Assembly (NCBI GenBank): GCA_964016885.1
Contig: OZ024746.1
Span: 16,740,001 to 16,804,000, forward strand
DNA length: 64,000 nt
Reading direction: 5' to 3'
Origin: Eledone cirrhosa
Lineage: Eukaryota
The translations under genes were made by a program, and so were the position numbers. Positions 36,901-49,000 of this stretch are shown here, one piece after another. The notes below the pieces were generated by a model, which had not been told where the DNA came from, made no database searches, and saw only the letters and a program-made list of their open reading frames with translations. Numbering within the stretch: position 1 is the first letter of the stretch; each line of letters begins with the position of its first letter.

Positions 36901-38804
36901 TCTTTCTACCTTATTTCAGTATATTATACAATATTACTCACACTATGTCGTTAGCGGTCCTCTAATTTTTCTTCTTTTTTAATTTCTAATCTTTAATCTG
37001 CAACTTTTACTTCTTAATTCATCTTATAACTCACTATAGCATTTTCCTTATATTCTCGGCCATACAAATTTTTATTTTTAATATTACCATTAGAGAAATT
37101 TTGTAAACATATTTTTTTTGACGTTATATATTTTTTCTTTCTTCTCTCTTTCCATGCTCGTATTAACTCTATTATTTACTTTTTCCTATTACAATACATA
37201 GAAACAAACTCGGACCCTAATTAATTCCTCTAAGTTCATAATTCATTTAACCTTATCTTCATTCACCTTATTTTCTTAATATATTTTATTTTAATAATAC
37301 ATTTTAATAAATTCCTTTTCGCACATCTTATTAAACCCTTCAATATATAAACCCTAAATAAATAGTATATTTAATTCCTTTTTCTTTAATCATAAGCATC
37401 ACCATTCATAAACCTCATTAACTTTTAATTTCTTAAATTTTTTTTAAAATTATGTATTACAACGGTTTTTTAAAATTTTTCTGTGAGACAGTGTTTCTCA
37501 GTATTAAAGGTTATCTCTCTCTCACCCATTTCCCCCTCCTCTCTCATCCTTCCTTCTTATACTCCTCCTCCGTCATCTTTTCCTTATTATTATATTTTTT
37601 TCTTTTATCTATATTTTTTCCTCCTCTACCTTACCTTTTCTTTCCCCCTTCCTTTCCTTTTTTCCAATCTCATATATCCATCTAATTTTATTTTTCATAT
37701 GTTGATTTGCCACTTCACTATTCGCAAGTGTTTTTTAAGCTTCATATCATGTCTCCCTATTTTATCTGATGAGAACGCAAATATCATCCCATAATGATAT
37801 TTGTTTTTGAAATGCGCATAATAAAATACATGAAACTCTTTCAACCATCTTTTGATTTTATATTACATATATATATATATACACACACAGGCATGGCTGT
37901 GTGGTTAAGAGGTTTGCTTTGCAGCCCTGTGGTCTTGGGTTCTATCTCACAGCATGGCACCTTGGGAAAGCCTCAGGTTAATCAATGCTTGTGAGTGAAC
38001 TTGACAGATGGAAACTGTGTGGGTGTGAGTCACCACAAACCTTATGTTGATTTATGAGCCTGCAGGAAGAGTTGCTTAAATCCTCCATTGACAATACTTC
38101 CTGTAGCATAGCAGTTCAACCAGAACTCGTGGTATATACAATACTTAGTATAAGAGCATCCAGCCATAGAAAAAATATCCAAACATTTATTTTCCTACTT
38201 ATAGAAAAATGGAAATAAAAACAATGACAATGATGATAATGATGCTGCTGAAGATGATGATGATACATCTTTCTAGGATTGGCACAAGGCCAGCAATTCT
38301 GGGGAAGAGGAAAATCAATATCTACCCTAGTACTTAACTGGTACTTTATTTTATTGACCCTAGAAGAATTGAAAGACAAAGTTCACCATGGCAGGATTTG
38401 AACTTGGAATGTACAGGGCTCTAACTATATGCTGCAATGTATTTCATCTGATACACTAGATGATGATGATCATGTATCATCATTCATCAGCATCATCATT
38501 ATGTAATTTATCAAATTATTCTCCAAATACCAGATAAAGTTTGTTATAGAGCTAATTCTTTCCAAGTTCTTGATTATTTTCCAACTCTCTCTTGTAAATC
38601 ATAGGCATCTTTTATTCAAAAAATCCCAACAAAAGAGCTAAAAACTAGTAAATGTTCTATAATACCTGCTTTTTCCAACAGTTTTTCATCTTTCAATCGA
38701 TTATGTAATGAGGATTTGATAATTAGTAACTTCTCTACATCATCCTCATTAAACAGTTTCTTATCTTTCTCAGAAAAAATGGACTCATCAGTTGATTCCG
38801 ACAT
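29310..38804 (-). CDS. CENPH: Centromere protein H (CCAN CENP-H/I/K subunit), 8 coding exons, 226 aa
   Basis: Minus-strand phase-consistent exons: 38804-38666 (ATG, MSESTDES..), 35985-35952, 34826-34755, 33448-33380, 31912-31846, 30579-30528, 30013-29911, 29454-29310 (TGA). Coiled-coil protein ending VFQYILQNLVTGSGINWAEDPALLAIML, matching the conserved CENP-H C-terminal motif (QNLILGSxVNWAEDPAL). An acceptor just upstream of 38821 implies a further 5'UTR exon. Confidence 0.85.
34035..34360 (+). mobile_element. Degenerate RTE LINE 3' fragment
   Basis: Translates to VKKCQEIPVEG..KTWTQVMRTDLKLLKLT, homologous to 23154-23483. Confidence 0.7.
34943..35126. mobile_element. piggyBac-type MITE, family B (TIR CCCTTTAGCATTTA)
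   Basis: Left ctctttagcattta, right taaatgctaaaggg followed by TTAA; related copies at about 8790-8992 and 27290-27403. Confidence 0.6.
36080..36276 (+). mobile_element. Penelope-like pLTR relic: 56-bp-arm palindrome centred on hammerhead helix II, plus tail
   Basis: Arms 36080-36135 and 36143-36198 (2 differences), 7-nt loop. Right arm is helix II, GAAA (36156), cggct..agcc, GTC (36176-36178), ggggtcc. Tail attacccactctactaccctaagtattgagtactctggtgcg; embedded in (TA)n. Confidence 0.7.
36357..36453. repeat. 36-bp perfect inverted repeat within the (TA)n element cluster
   Basis: aaaaaaagatgaaatcgaaaatgcaactggagtctt (36357-36392) versus aagactccagttgcattttcgatttcatcttttttt (36418-36453). Confidence 0.85.
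36466..37866 (+). mobile_element. 5'-truncated Penelope-like retroelement (GIY-YIG endonuclease C-terminus, 3'UTR, hammerhead-bearing pLTR, inverted pLTR piece at 5' end)
   Basis: ORF 36605-36832 IWSLKDKNINYTSW..ASPY..CNLCLAEKFTII..INRRTDLFSLCLH resembles PLE GIY-YIG C-termini (IWxLK..CxLCLxEK..NKRxE..CRH). Hammerhead at 37758-37828. Segment aatataaaatcaaaagat at 36552-36569 is the reverse complement of the 3' end at 37847-37864. TA-repeat flanks. Confidence 0.8.
37758..37828 (+). ncRNA. Type I hammerhead ribozyme (PLE-type, minimal palindromic helix III)
   Basis: Helix I tattttat (37758-37765) / ataaaata (37821-37828); CTGATGA 37766-37772; helix II gaacgcaaatatcat-cccata-atgatatttgttttt; GAAA 37809-37812; helix III ATGCGCAT; AUA triplet, predicted cleavage after 37820. 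Confidence 0.8.
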
Positions 38805-39070
38805 TATTGGCAACAGCAGATCTGAAAACAACAAAACAGTTAAATACTTTTTAAAAATGAAGAGAACTGATACATCTACACTAAAGAAGAGAACACCAGT
38901 TTTATAAGATACAGAAAGAATAGAGGTAGCATTATTTATAATTCTGCCAAAAACTATATTAATCTCAATATTGTAATTTTGGAATTAAGTACACAGTATA
39001 GCTGCATATCAAAAGTGGTGAGTGACTTCAACATGTCTGAAACTTCTCTTGGCTTTATCATACACAGCTG

Positions 39071-39395
39071 TCATCATCATCATTTCATTTTACGTCTGCT
39101 TTTTCCCTGCTTGCAGGAACTGATTCTGGCTTGATTTCTACAGTTGGATGCCCTTCCTAACACCAACCTCATTTACAGTGAGTGCTGGGTGCTTTTTTGC
39201 CGTGGCACCTCCACGACCACTTTGCAGTGGAATATGGACCCCAGTCCCTATCATCTCATTTCTACAGCTGAGTAAACTGGAGCAATGTGAAATAAAGTGT
39301 CTTGCTCAAGGAAACAACACATCACCCGGTCTGAGAATTGAACTCACAACCTTTCGATTGCAAGGCCAATGCTCTGACCACTAAGCCATGTGCCT
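39071..39395 (-). mobile_element. Young tRNA-derived SINE with RTE-derived 3' end (copy 1)
   Basis: Head aggcacatggcttagtgg..gagttcaattct; near-identical to 40855-41195; (ATG)n tail. Confidence 0.85.
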
Positions 39396-40854
39396 GTCTA
39401 TTTTTAAATGTTTATATTTAAACAGTCTTCAGCTGTCTATTTCACCATTCATGCTATCTTGAGAAGGAAGAGAACTACCATCACTACATCACAGATAAGT
39501 TCACTTCGGGGACAGCGTTTGAGAGACTAAAACCAACATAGACGCTTTTTGAATAGTTCTTGTGGGGAATCAATCCAGTAGATGTGATGAATTTTAAAAT
39601 TTGACACAAAATCAAATGCACACAACATGGAAGATTTTGTGAAAACAAAATTGATAAAATATTTTCAATTTTCCTAAGTCCATCTCTCACATTGGCCACA
39701 TCTACCAGTCATATCATGGAGGTGCCATTGCAAATGAATGCTAATAGCAGAAACCCAGCTTTGAAATGCAAGTGGTTATATACTTTAAGTTAGAGCTTGT
39801 CAACACACCAGAATACTGGCCTTGTATCAGAAGCATCAACAATATTTATCTCATCAGGAGTGCCATGTTGCTTTCCTGACAAAGACATACAATTATTAAT
39901 AGTCAATCTAACTAGGTTTATATAAATATTATGGACTACTATTGAGTTCAGTTAATGTTGGTGAAATGGCAGAATTATTAGAGTTGCAGTAAATGATTTG
40001 TGGTATTTGTTTAGGTTTTCTGTGCTCTAATTGGAAATTTTGCCTTGCATCACCAGTAAAATGGAGACACGATGGGACTGGAGCCTCTATCAATAAAACA
40101 CTCCAAAAAACCTCCTTTAATGGGTATCTGGCCATATAAGCCATGTTCAAAATGGAAAATATGTAAGCAAGACATGGCCTCTGAGGACAGAATCTCCAAA
40201 TAAGTTATGACTTGGTCTGTAACAACCCATCAAAGCCATACAGCATGGAATGATGATGATGGACATAAAGAAAGCAATGAGAAACTACTCTAAGGGAAAC
40301 ATCCCTTGTTCAATGCAATCACTATAATTAAACAGACATCAAAATTATCCCAACAAGCATTATTTTATGTATTTTGGGGGAATTTACAAACTTAAAGTTG
40401 TATGGTGTTCACAAAGCTACACGACCACATTACAGTGTGGACTGAACATTTTTTGTTAAACTGTATTGATGGTAATAGTTTGAATATGTTTAGAATATCA
40501 CCAAAAAATCTAAGTTAAGTAAGATAAAAATGGCTTATTTGCTGAACATAAATTTTCTTACTATATTTCCTGTTAAAGACACATTCCGTTTATTGAGAAT
40601 TTCTAAACATATTTCCAGGTTTTCCTGTACAAAATAGATAAAACATTTTTTAACTTTCATGTTTGAAAATTATACTGAAAAAATAACAAATAAAAATTAT
40701 TTATTACTTGTATATAATACTATATATAAATTATATGCATATTTAAAATACTTGTATATATTAACCCTTTCAATACCAAACTGCCCTGAATTTATGATAC
40801 AAAATTGCTCATTTTTAAATGTTTATCCCTATATTAACCTTTCATTATAGCTGT

Positions 40855-41195
40855 ATCATCATCATCATTTCATTTTACGTCCACTTTTCCCTGCTTGCAA
40901 GGGTGGGACGGGAACTGATTCTGGCTTGATTTCTACAACTGGATGCCCTTCCTAACACCAACCTCATTTACAGTGAGTGCTGGGTGCTTTTTTGCCGTGG
41001 CACCTCCAGGACCACTTTGCAGTGGAATGATAGGGACCCAAGTCCCTATCATCTCATTTCTACAGCTGAGTAAACTGGAGCAATGTGAAATAAAGTGTCT
41101 TGCTCAAGGAAACAACACATCACCCGGTCTGAGAATTGAACTCACAACCTTTCGATTGCAAGGCCAATGCTCTAACCACTAAGCCATGTGTCTCC
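40855..41195 (-). mobile_element. Young tRNA-derived SINE with RTE-derived 3' end (copy 2)
   Basis: 3' end cgtcccacccttgcaagcagggaaaagtggacgtaaaatga matches the RTE LINE end at 23448-23488 with 2 mismatches. Confidence 0.85.
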
Positions 41196-41364
41196 ATATA
41201 TCTAAAAAAAATTTAAGTAATGTTCTAACCACTAAGCCATGTGCCTCCATGTATCTAAAAAAATTTTAAGTAATGTTCTAAATATAGCTTACTAATGACA
41301 AACTTATTTCATTAAATACCACCAAATGTTTGGTTATTTGAAAAATTAATTACAAAACAAAGGC

Positions 41365-41597
41365 AGTATCTTTCATTAGAAATATGGTAATGGAAGGGTT
41401 AAAGACATTGGTATTGTCTTTCATTAAAAATATGGTAATGAAAAGGTTAATGACATAGACAGTATCTTTCCTTAGAAATATGGTAATGAAAGGGTTAATG
41501 ACAAAAAGAGTGCCTTTCAATAGAAATATGGTAATGTAAGGGTTAATGGCATAGGTAGTGTCTTTACTTAAAAATATGATAATGAAAGTGTTAAGCA
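41365..41597. repeat. About 48-bp tandem array (about 5 copies) of a piggyBac-type MITE terminus
   Basis: Repeated gtatctttcattagaaatatggtaatgaaagggttaa; a 2-copy version in the opposite orientation lies at about 2010-2105. Confidence 0.75.
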
Positions 41598-42530
41598 ATA
41601 TAAGCAGTGTCATTTTCTATATGAATATAATTCAAATATTAACCCTTTCATTATCATATTTCCAGAGGCGTAACTAGGGAAAATTATGCCCCTGCCCAAA
41701 CATCTAACAGTTCTGGGGCTTCATCCTGCTTTCATTGCCAGACTTTCCACTGTTAGATTTTAGATATCCAAGATACACATTACTGAAAAAGATATTTGTT
41801 CACTGAGGTTTTATAATGGTGCTGAAGTAAGCATTTCCTATATTTACTATCTTTGGTGCAAAGAAGCTATAGACCTAGTGGAATAGGAGAGTCAAGATGA
41901 CAGGTAATTCCTCACAGCTACAAAAGACTAGTGGAGTTTAAATCTGTTGGAATCAAAACAGTGGTTGATAAAGTGTATTTGTTGAGACAGGTATCTCTTC
42001 AACCATTCCAATCCAACCCAGGGCCTTCTCACTCATGTTGGAGGAACCCTTCCCAGGTTGGCCTCCACTGCTTGCTGTTTGGTTTTGGTCAGGGGTGTAG
42101 CTGCTTGGCCAATTGTAGGTGTGGGGTTATTTAACCCATAGTTGTGGTGGATGGCTGTTAACCCTGGGGAGTCCATCTGCCCTTTTTAACAGCTCTTGTT
42201 TTTTTTTGTGCTGCTGGGGTTCCACTTACCCTCCATACTAGACCAGAGACTGGTGGAGGAGCTAGTTTAGTTGCCAGCTTTAAATAAATGTAGTTGATAG
42301 TAAGTATATAAGCATATATTTTAGCACAATAGTTTTAAAATATAAAACAGCAGCCGTTAGAATTGAAGTTTAAAAAACTGTATTTAGTTATGATTTACAA
42401 GATTAATGAGTGGGAGAAAAAGGATACATTTATAAAGACATAATTTTAGCGGTTAACTCGTATTTTAGTGTGCTAAAAACTAAATAGATTTAACCAAAGT
42501 ACAGACCTGCTAACATCTAAAAACTAAAAC

Positions 42531-42548
42531 GGGGGGGGGGGGGGGGGG
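42531..42548 (+). repeat. G18 homopolymer
   Basis: 18 consecutive G in an otherwise AT-rich region, next to a CpG-containing stretch. Confidence 0.9.
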
Positions 42549-43223
42549 TACCGTGGAGTAAAGTGCTCCAAAACGAGAGATTTTACATAATGAAAGCTAT
42601 AGCCAAGAGAAGACATTTCTCACCCACCCCAAAGTGGGTGGGAGATCTCGCCGTCGGACGGGGAGAGTTGACACGTCTGCAAGTATTTCTATAATTTATA
42701 TTTAAAATAGAGGTGCTAGTGCATTTCAAGGTGAGTCCTTTACAATAAATTTCGAAATAAGAAAACGAAAATATTTCGTCTGATTCTCCAGATTCATGGT
42801 TGAAATACATGTTAGCGTTAATTAGCATCGTCTCTACCAAAATCATATGTTTATACACACACACACTCGCACCAACCGGAGGTATATGGTCTTTAAAGCG
42901 ATGAAATACCAATGAAGGTTGGCAGATCACTGATGAAGGACTAAATTTATTCATATGTAACCCATTTGCAACCACGCAGCACGCCACGCTTTCATATTCA
43001 TATATATATAAATGAAAGGTATAGAAATTGTTGTAGCGAGAAGCTAACAGTATTCCATAACATATACATATATTGTTATACTTGGGGAGGGTCATATTGT
43101 TGTAATAATATTGCCAGAAATAATAACAGAACACACTCAATGTTTGGTTGTTTTCGCTTCTGTATCTTTTATATCTCCATAGTTAATTTATTTGGCAATC
43201 AATGTTTATCATATATATATAAA

Positions 43224-43403
43224 GAGTCAGGACCCCGTCGGCTGAGCTTCGGCCATTTCGACAGTTCGGATCTAGCTGTCGAAACGGCCGGAGCTCAGCT
43301 GTCGGGGTCCTGACCCGTTTCCTATTACCCACTCTACTACCCTAGATATTGAGTACTCTGGTGCGTTATCGTCCACCTGGTATCTTACCACATCCTCTTT
43401 GTT
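43224..43403 (+). mobile_element. Second copy of the hammerhead-centred palindromic PLE relic
   Basis: gtcaggacccc..gacagtt-cggatct-agctgtc-GAAA (43281)-cggc..gct-GTC (43301-43303)-ggggtcctgac, plus the same tail as 36199-36276; TA-rich flanks. Confidence 0.7.
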
Positions 43404-46088
43404 ATATATTTATATAAATGGGGACCAAAAGATTACAACCCTGTCTGAGCGGTTTCTCTCAGCGTCTGTTTGTATGAGCAACACATACGAAATAAATCCG
43501 GCGTATCAGACGAGTTATTTTCATATTCCTTATTTCAAAATCTGTTAGTGATACTCGCTTGGGACCATCCACGAAAATTAATCGTGGTCTACCTTATTAT
43601 GAAACATAAACTTAAGTGTTGGGTTGTTGGAGATGACATAAGTTAGGAAGCCTCCACATGACCAATCGACCTGCTAGAAATAAGAGTAAAAAAAAAAATC
43701 GCCCAAATCACAAACCTTACTTTCTTAAAAGAGGAAGGATAATTAAATGTAGTCCTAGGTAACCCTTATCCCGCAGTGTCCAAAAATAACCCTCATAACC
43801 CTTAAGAAAACGAGCTGGAACACCTGTCATCAATACATTGAAACATTACACGATAGAGCAATACAATGAGACACTAAAATAATTTAGACCGTAGAATAAT
43901 GAAATAAAAATGTTGAAAATCTTTCTAAGAGAAATATTGAGATCTACTTACAAAAAGTTGTGAAGCAGGTTTTGAAAGTTTCTTTAATGGCGGTTAATTT
44001 TGAACAGACGGAGTTAGTTTCTGAAATAGAGCCGCATTTAGTTTCAGTTTCATTAATAATTGATGGAACATTTTAGATGTGTGAGTATATAATAATATAA
44101 TGAAAATTATTGTGTACAGTGCTCAGATGCACCACAACAAACAAAGTATAATCGGATTTTGATACTATATAGATAATAAATACATATTCTGAGTTATAAA
44201 GTGTCCAAAACTTAATATGTGGAAGAAGGTTGACGAACTTTTCACAAAACTTTGAACGTTTAAAAAGTTTAGGTTCGTCTCTTTTAATTCATTTTACTTA
44301 ACAAACTTTCTGCCTTATTATTTCACTATTTTGTCACTATATAAACATATTAATATTCATTTTAAATATTTTTTTGTCACCATTATATATTTAATAAACT
44401 CCTAATGAAAACAACTTTCATGACACTTTCTTTGAGATGATTCTTTTATATTCGTTACGAATTGCGTTTATTTCTGTCGAGTTTTAAGATATAAATTTGT
44501 ATATTTAAGATAGACAAGCTGCTTAAAAATATTTAAACTCTTCGTTTGAGATCCAAATCTCAGCAAAGTAACTTTTTCTTCCGATTCTTGTACAATTTTA
44601 TTTTATTTATTTTTTAATTTGTCAACGAAGTATATGACACACAGAACATGTTAAACACCGCCCCCTAATTTACTTGATAGATTGGTGGGTTCAAATTTAA
44701 GTTGTAATGTATATAATGAAATATGGATTTATCTAGAATTAAACTCGGATGACTGCCCAGTAGTTTATGGAGTTCAAACAAGTTTTTTAACCCTAGGTCA
44801 GAGCACGTCGAGCAGGCTTCTGATCAGAGGTATTCTAGCAGTGTCTATTTTGTCTTTTAAATCATAGTTTATCTCAGACTAGATTATCGACTATGACTTA
44901 ATTTTTTTCTTTTTTAAACTGTAAAGTATGATTTACCTGGCGATGAATTGAGTCGTTAGCACGTCGGATAGAATGTTTTGTGGTATTTGTTTCGACTCAA
45001 ATCCCGCCGTGTTCAACTTTACCTTTCATCTATTCAAGGTTGATAAAAAAAAAAGTACCAGTCAAGTACTGGGGTCAATTTTTCCTCTATATCTCTTTCT
45101 CATTTCCTTTCTCTCACCCTCTATATTCTCACTCTGTTGTATTCAGACCTGGAGAGGTGATGGGCTCCACTAGGTTTTAAAATGCCCTATGTCAATACGG
45201 CGCCAGAGAGATAACTCACCAATCTTGAAGATTCTGAAAAAAATAAGGGGTTATAGGTACTACCCTTTCTTCTCTGACCGAACGGTAAAAAAAAAGAAGA
45301 AAAAATATAATTGAGATAATTCAGTTTAACATAGGGCTGGTTTAACACTACCCTCTCCAATCATTAGGTACTGTTAGCACAGTTCACTGTATTCGTATCA
45401 AAGCTTGTTTTCCTCCCCGTCTACATTCTTCTTAAAGACATTGACCTACTCGTTTAGTCTACACAATGTCATATCAGTTATACACTATGGTCGGGAGCTG
45501 TAGACGTCATGGACACTGTCCCTCTTTCCCTAACTTTTGTAATATAATTCAGTACTACACGAATAAACTAATTAAGAGAAAGGGAACGTATGTAAGCAAG
45601 GTGTGAGGCCCCTGTCCCATCTGAGAGATCAGTAGCTCCAATAGGTCAGTGATGACCCATCAAACCCTTGCTAGCAGGGAGAATGGACGTTAAATGGTGA
45701 TGATTAGTGGTAAGAAACTCTCAGGAAAGCTGGACAGCATAAGGTCTTCAGAGAAGAAACCCCCTCTTAAGCAAGTGTTTCGGCCCTTGACTTCTTACAC
45801 ATCCAGATCATGACTCCTGGGTGCCCTTCTACTGACATTTAGCCATTTGGATATCGAAGACGTGTGTATGTAAATTGCATGGAGATTTTGTTGACAGGTT
45901 CTAGCTGGTATTCCTCTCTGTTATCCCTGCTTTCATTTAGTCCAATACAAAGTTTTCCATAATGAATAACAATAGAAACATTGGCAGACGATGGTGAGAA
46001 TGTCCTTACTATTTTTAACTTTGTTTTCTATTCTTTATTCAGTCTTTCCTATCTGGGCTTGAATCAGAGATGTTGATATCTTATCAGG

Positions 46089-49000
46089 ATGCAATCAATG
46101 TATAAAGAACGAGAATTTTCTTCACCTGCTCGTATACCACGTATGTCTAGTAGTTCTTTAAGAAGGGAGACCAGTCTAAGCTCTCCAACATTAACTGTAA
46201 CTTCTTCAGAGCCAAGACGAAGATTCAAGAAAAAAGAACCAGAAGAATTATCTTCAGAAATAGATTTTTGTTTAATCAAACAGAAATTTTTGGAAGAATT
46301 AGAATCAAAGACACCAATTGGTTATTCAAAGAAGATTGTGAGCCCTACTTTGGCACAATTACGACTTACTCCAGGTGAAAAAAAAATCTCTTTTTTAAAA
46401 TACTTTTTACTGTTGTTTTCATTATAGATTTTCAAGACATGGAGAATATCTCAGCAATTTAACTATATATGTCCCTAAACGAGGTGATAGACTATGTCTA
46501 CTTCCCTACTACAGTGGACTCTGTTAAAGACACCCAAGGTCCAGGTGATGGTGTTAAACAAGGTGATACCTTAAGTCTACCACCCTACTACATCACAGTG
46601 GACTCAAGGTTCAGGTGGTGGTATAAAACAAGGTGATAGGTTAAATCTACCACCCTAATGTATCACAATGGACTCTGCTAAAGAGACTAAGTGTTATCAA
46701 ATAAACGTTTTGAACCAATTTTTATGCTAAATAGGTTTAGACAGATATTTTCCTTTGTTTATCTACATAAAGGAAAAGGAAAGCTTTTTTTAACTTTGTG
46801 ACTATCAAAATATTAACTCTTTAATTGCTAAAAACCTGCTGGTATGGTTTTTATGACACATCACTTTTATGTGGAAAATGTGCTGGTATTTCTCTTACCA
46901 CCCACTCTTTCTATGACAAAGACATTGGCATGTTTTTATTTAGTTTGTGTAGCACAAATAAAGACAAAGCAAATGTAGTTTGAGGGCAATTTAGCTGTTA
47001 TTTTTAGCAGGCAGAGTAACCATGTAGCAGCTCCTTCAATGTCTCATTTTAACCCAGCAAGAGTGGAGTAGTAAGCAGTACAACTAGACATATGATCAAA
47101 GACATTTTAACTCAGCAAGAGTGGAGTAGAAAGCAGTATAACTAAACTTATTATCAAAGACATTCTAATCATGACCATCTCAGATTACAATATTTGATAT
47201 GTCCTCTTTTTAAGACAGTATGTTGTAGTTTACAAAAGATTTGACTGTTATTTCTAGTGTGTCAAGAGACTATTTAGATGCCTTCTTATTGGTTCATTTT
47301 TAATGGATGAGCCCCAGACGAACCATGAGAAATGAATTAATTTTATCATATGATGACACTCTTATCTTATAGGTCGGCCTGTTGAAGAAAAACGTAAAAT
47401 ACTCATTGATAAACATGCTGCTGCCAGACAAAATTCCAATAAACTTGCTGTTGGTGGTGGTGTCTCCATTTGGCCAGATATGGTGAAGATGAGGCTGAAC
47501 AGGCAGGACATATTCCAACTAATGGGACTTTTTATTATGCTAGTTTTCATTGCTGCCTACTTTTTTTTCAAAATCCATGGTAAGAACCTTTTACTACTTA
47601 AATATAGTAAAAGGGGAAGGTAGCAGAGTAGAGTAGGGAACAAAATACTTTATAAATTCAGACTACATTATCCAATGTGACCTTCCTTTTTTTTAAGACA
47701 TTAGGGTATAGTTTGAAAGAAATTTAGCTGCTGTTTTTGGCAGGCAGAGTAACCATGTATATCTATTTAGTTATAGTCTGAGTTCAAATTCTGTCAGGTT
47801 TCTTTTGTTCTTCACTTCTGTTACCTAGATGACTTAATCAGCAGTAGAGGAGGTTACTCTTAGTAACCAGAATAAGAATTGGGTAAAAAAGTTCAAGGAG
47901 CTGTTGCTACTGCTGGCAACAAAGAAACTATTTCTCTGAGCAAAAGGGAGATTGTATGATATTTGTGTACATATTGTAATGTTGCATGGTAACATGACAT
48001 AGGCACTGAATGCAGAGAATGTCTAAAGGTTGATAAAAATGAAGGAATTATGTTCCACTTAAAATAATTTAACAAACACCAGAGCTAACTGTGATTACTG
48101 AAGACAATTGTGCTGGATTTTTAGGAATATGTGAAGAAATGTGAATAATGAATAAAAAGTTAAACTGATGTTATTGGCTTTTGTCTTTGTTGTATTACAT
48201 ATAGTATGTAGTATACAGATTATTATATAGTTTTAAATGTATGTATATTTATGGCAATGTAGGGTGCAACAATGTCTTTATATAAAACTTGTAATCCTTA
48301 CAAAACTTTAAAATATTTACACTCTTTTAGAATTCTGTGACAAGTAATCACTGATGTCAAAGTCTGTCTATCAGTTTTCATTAAAAAATTGTTCCATCTT
48401 ACAGTAATGACAACATTGAAATTGACTTGACAATTAAGACAGATGATGACAAATTTGAGGAGAAAACTGTATACATTTGTCTCTTCTGTCAGGTCACACA
48501 TTTACCAAATTACAGCTATTTTCTGTGAAACTGAACAATTTTTCCATCAGCCATCCGATCTTAATATCATCTGATAACCACAAATTCCATAGCAGTGTTG
48601 TCTGCTGGCATACAGACTTTCTTCATTTGTTGGTGAGTGTTTCTTTGCTTTAAATTACATGTGAAATGGCCTAGTGGATAAAGTATTGGATTATAAAAGT
48701 CATAGGTGATGATCTTAGGAGAAATCCACTGCACATGACTGCTGCTCATGTCTCCAATACTAGAGACGTTGTCTTGCCCCTACATAACAAAAGGAGTCCT
48801 TGCCACTCTACATCATTTCCATTCTTTCAAGACAAAAGAATCCAAGAGTATGATATGAAAAACATGTTTAAATGCTACTGATAGAGATGATGATGATGCT
48901 AACATTTTTTAAAGATATCATCATTGCCACCACAGTTCAACATTCTTGACAAAGTTTCTCCACAATTCACAATTGTTCCTGGCAACTGCTCCCCACTGAG

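Noticed and set aside
39148-41182. Duplicated 78/79-aa ORFs suggesting a small paralogous gene pair
   Set aside because: Both are antisense readings of two copies of the same SINE.
42583-43140. 185-aa minus-strand ORF
   Set aside because: No recognisable motif, low-complexity Y/I/C composition, and no splice link that I could establish.
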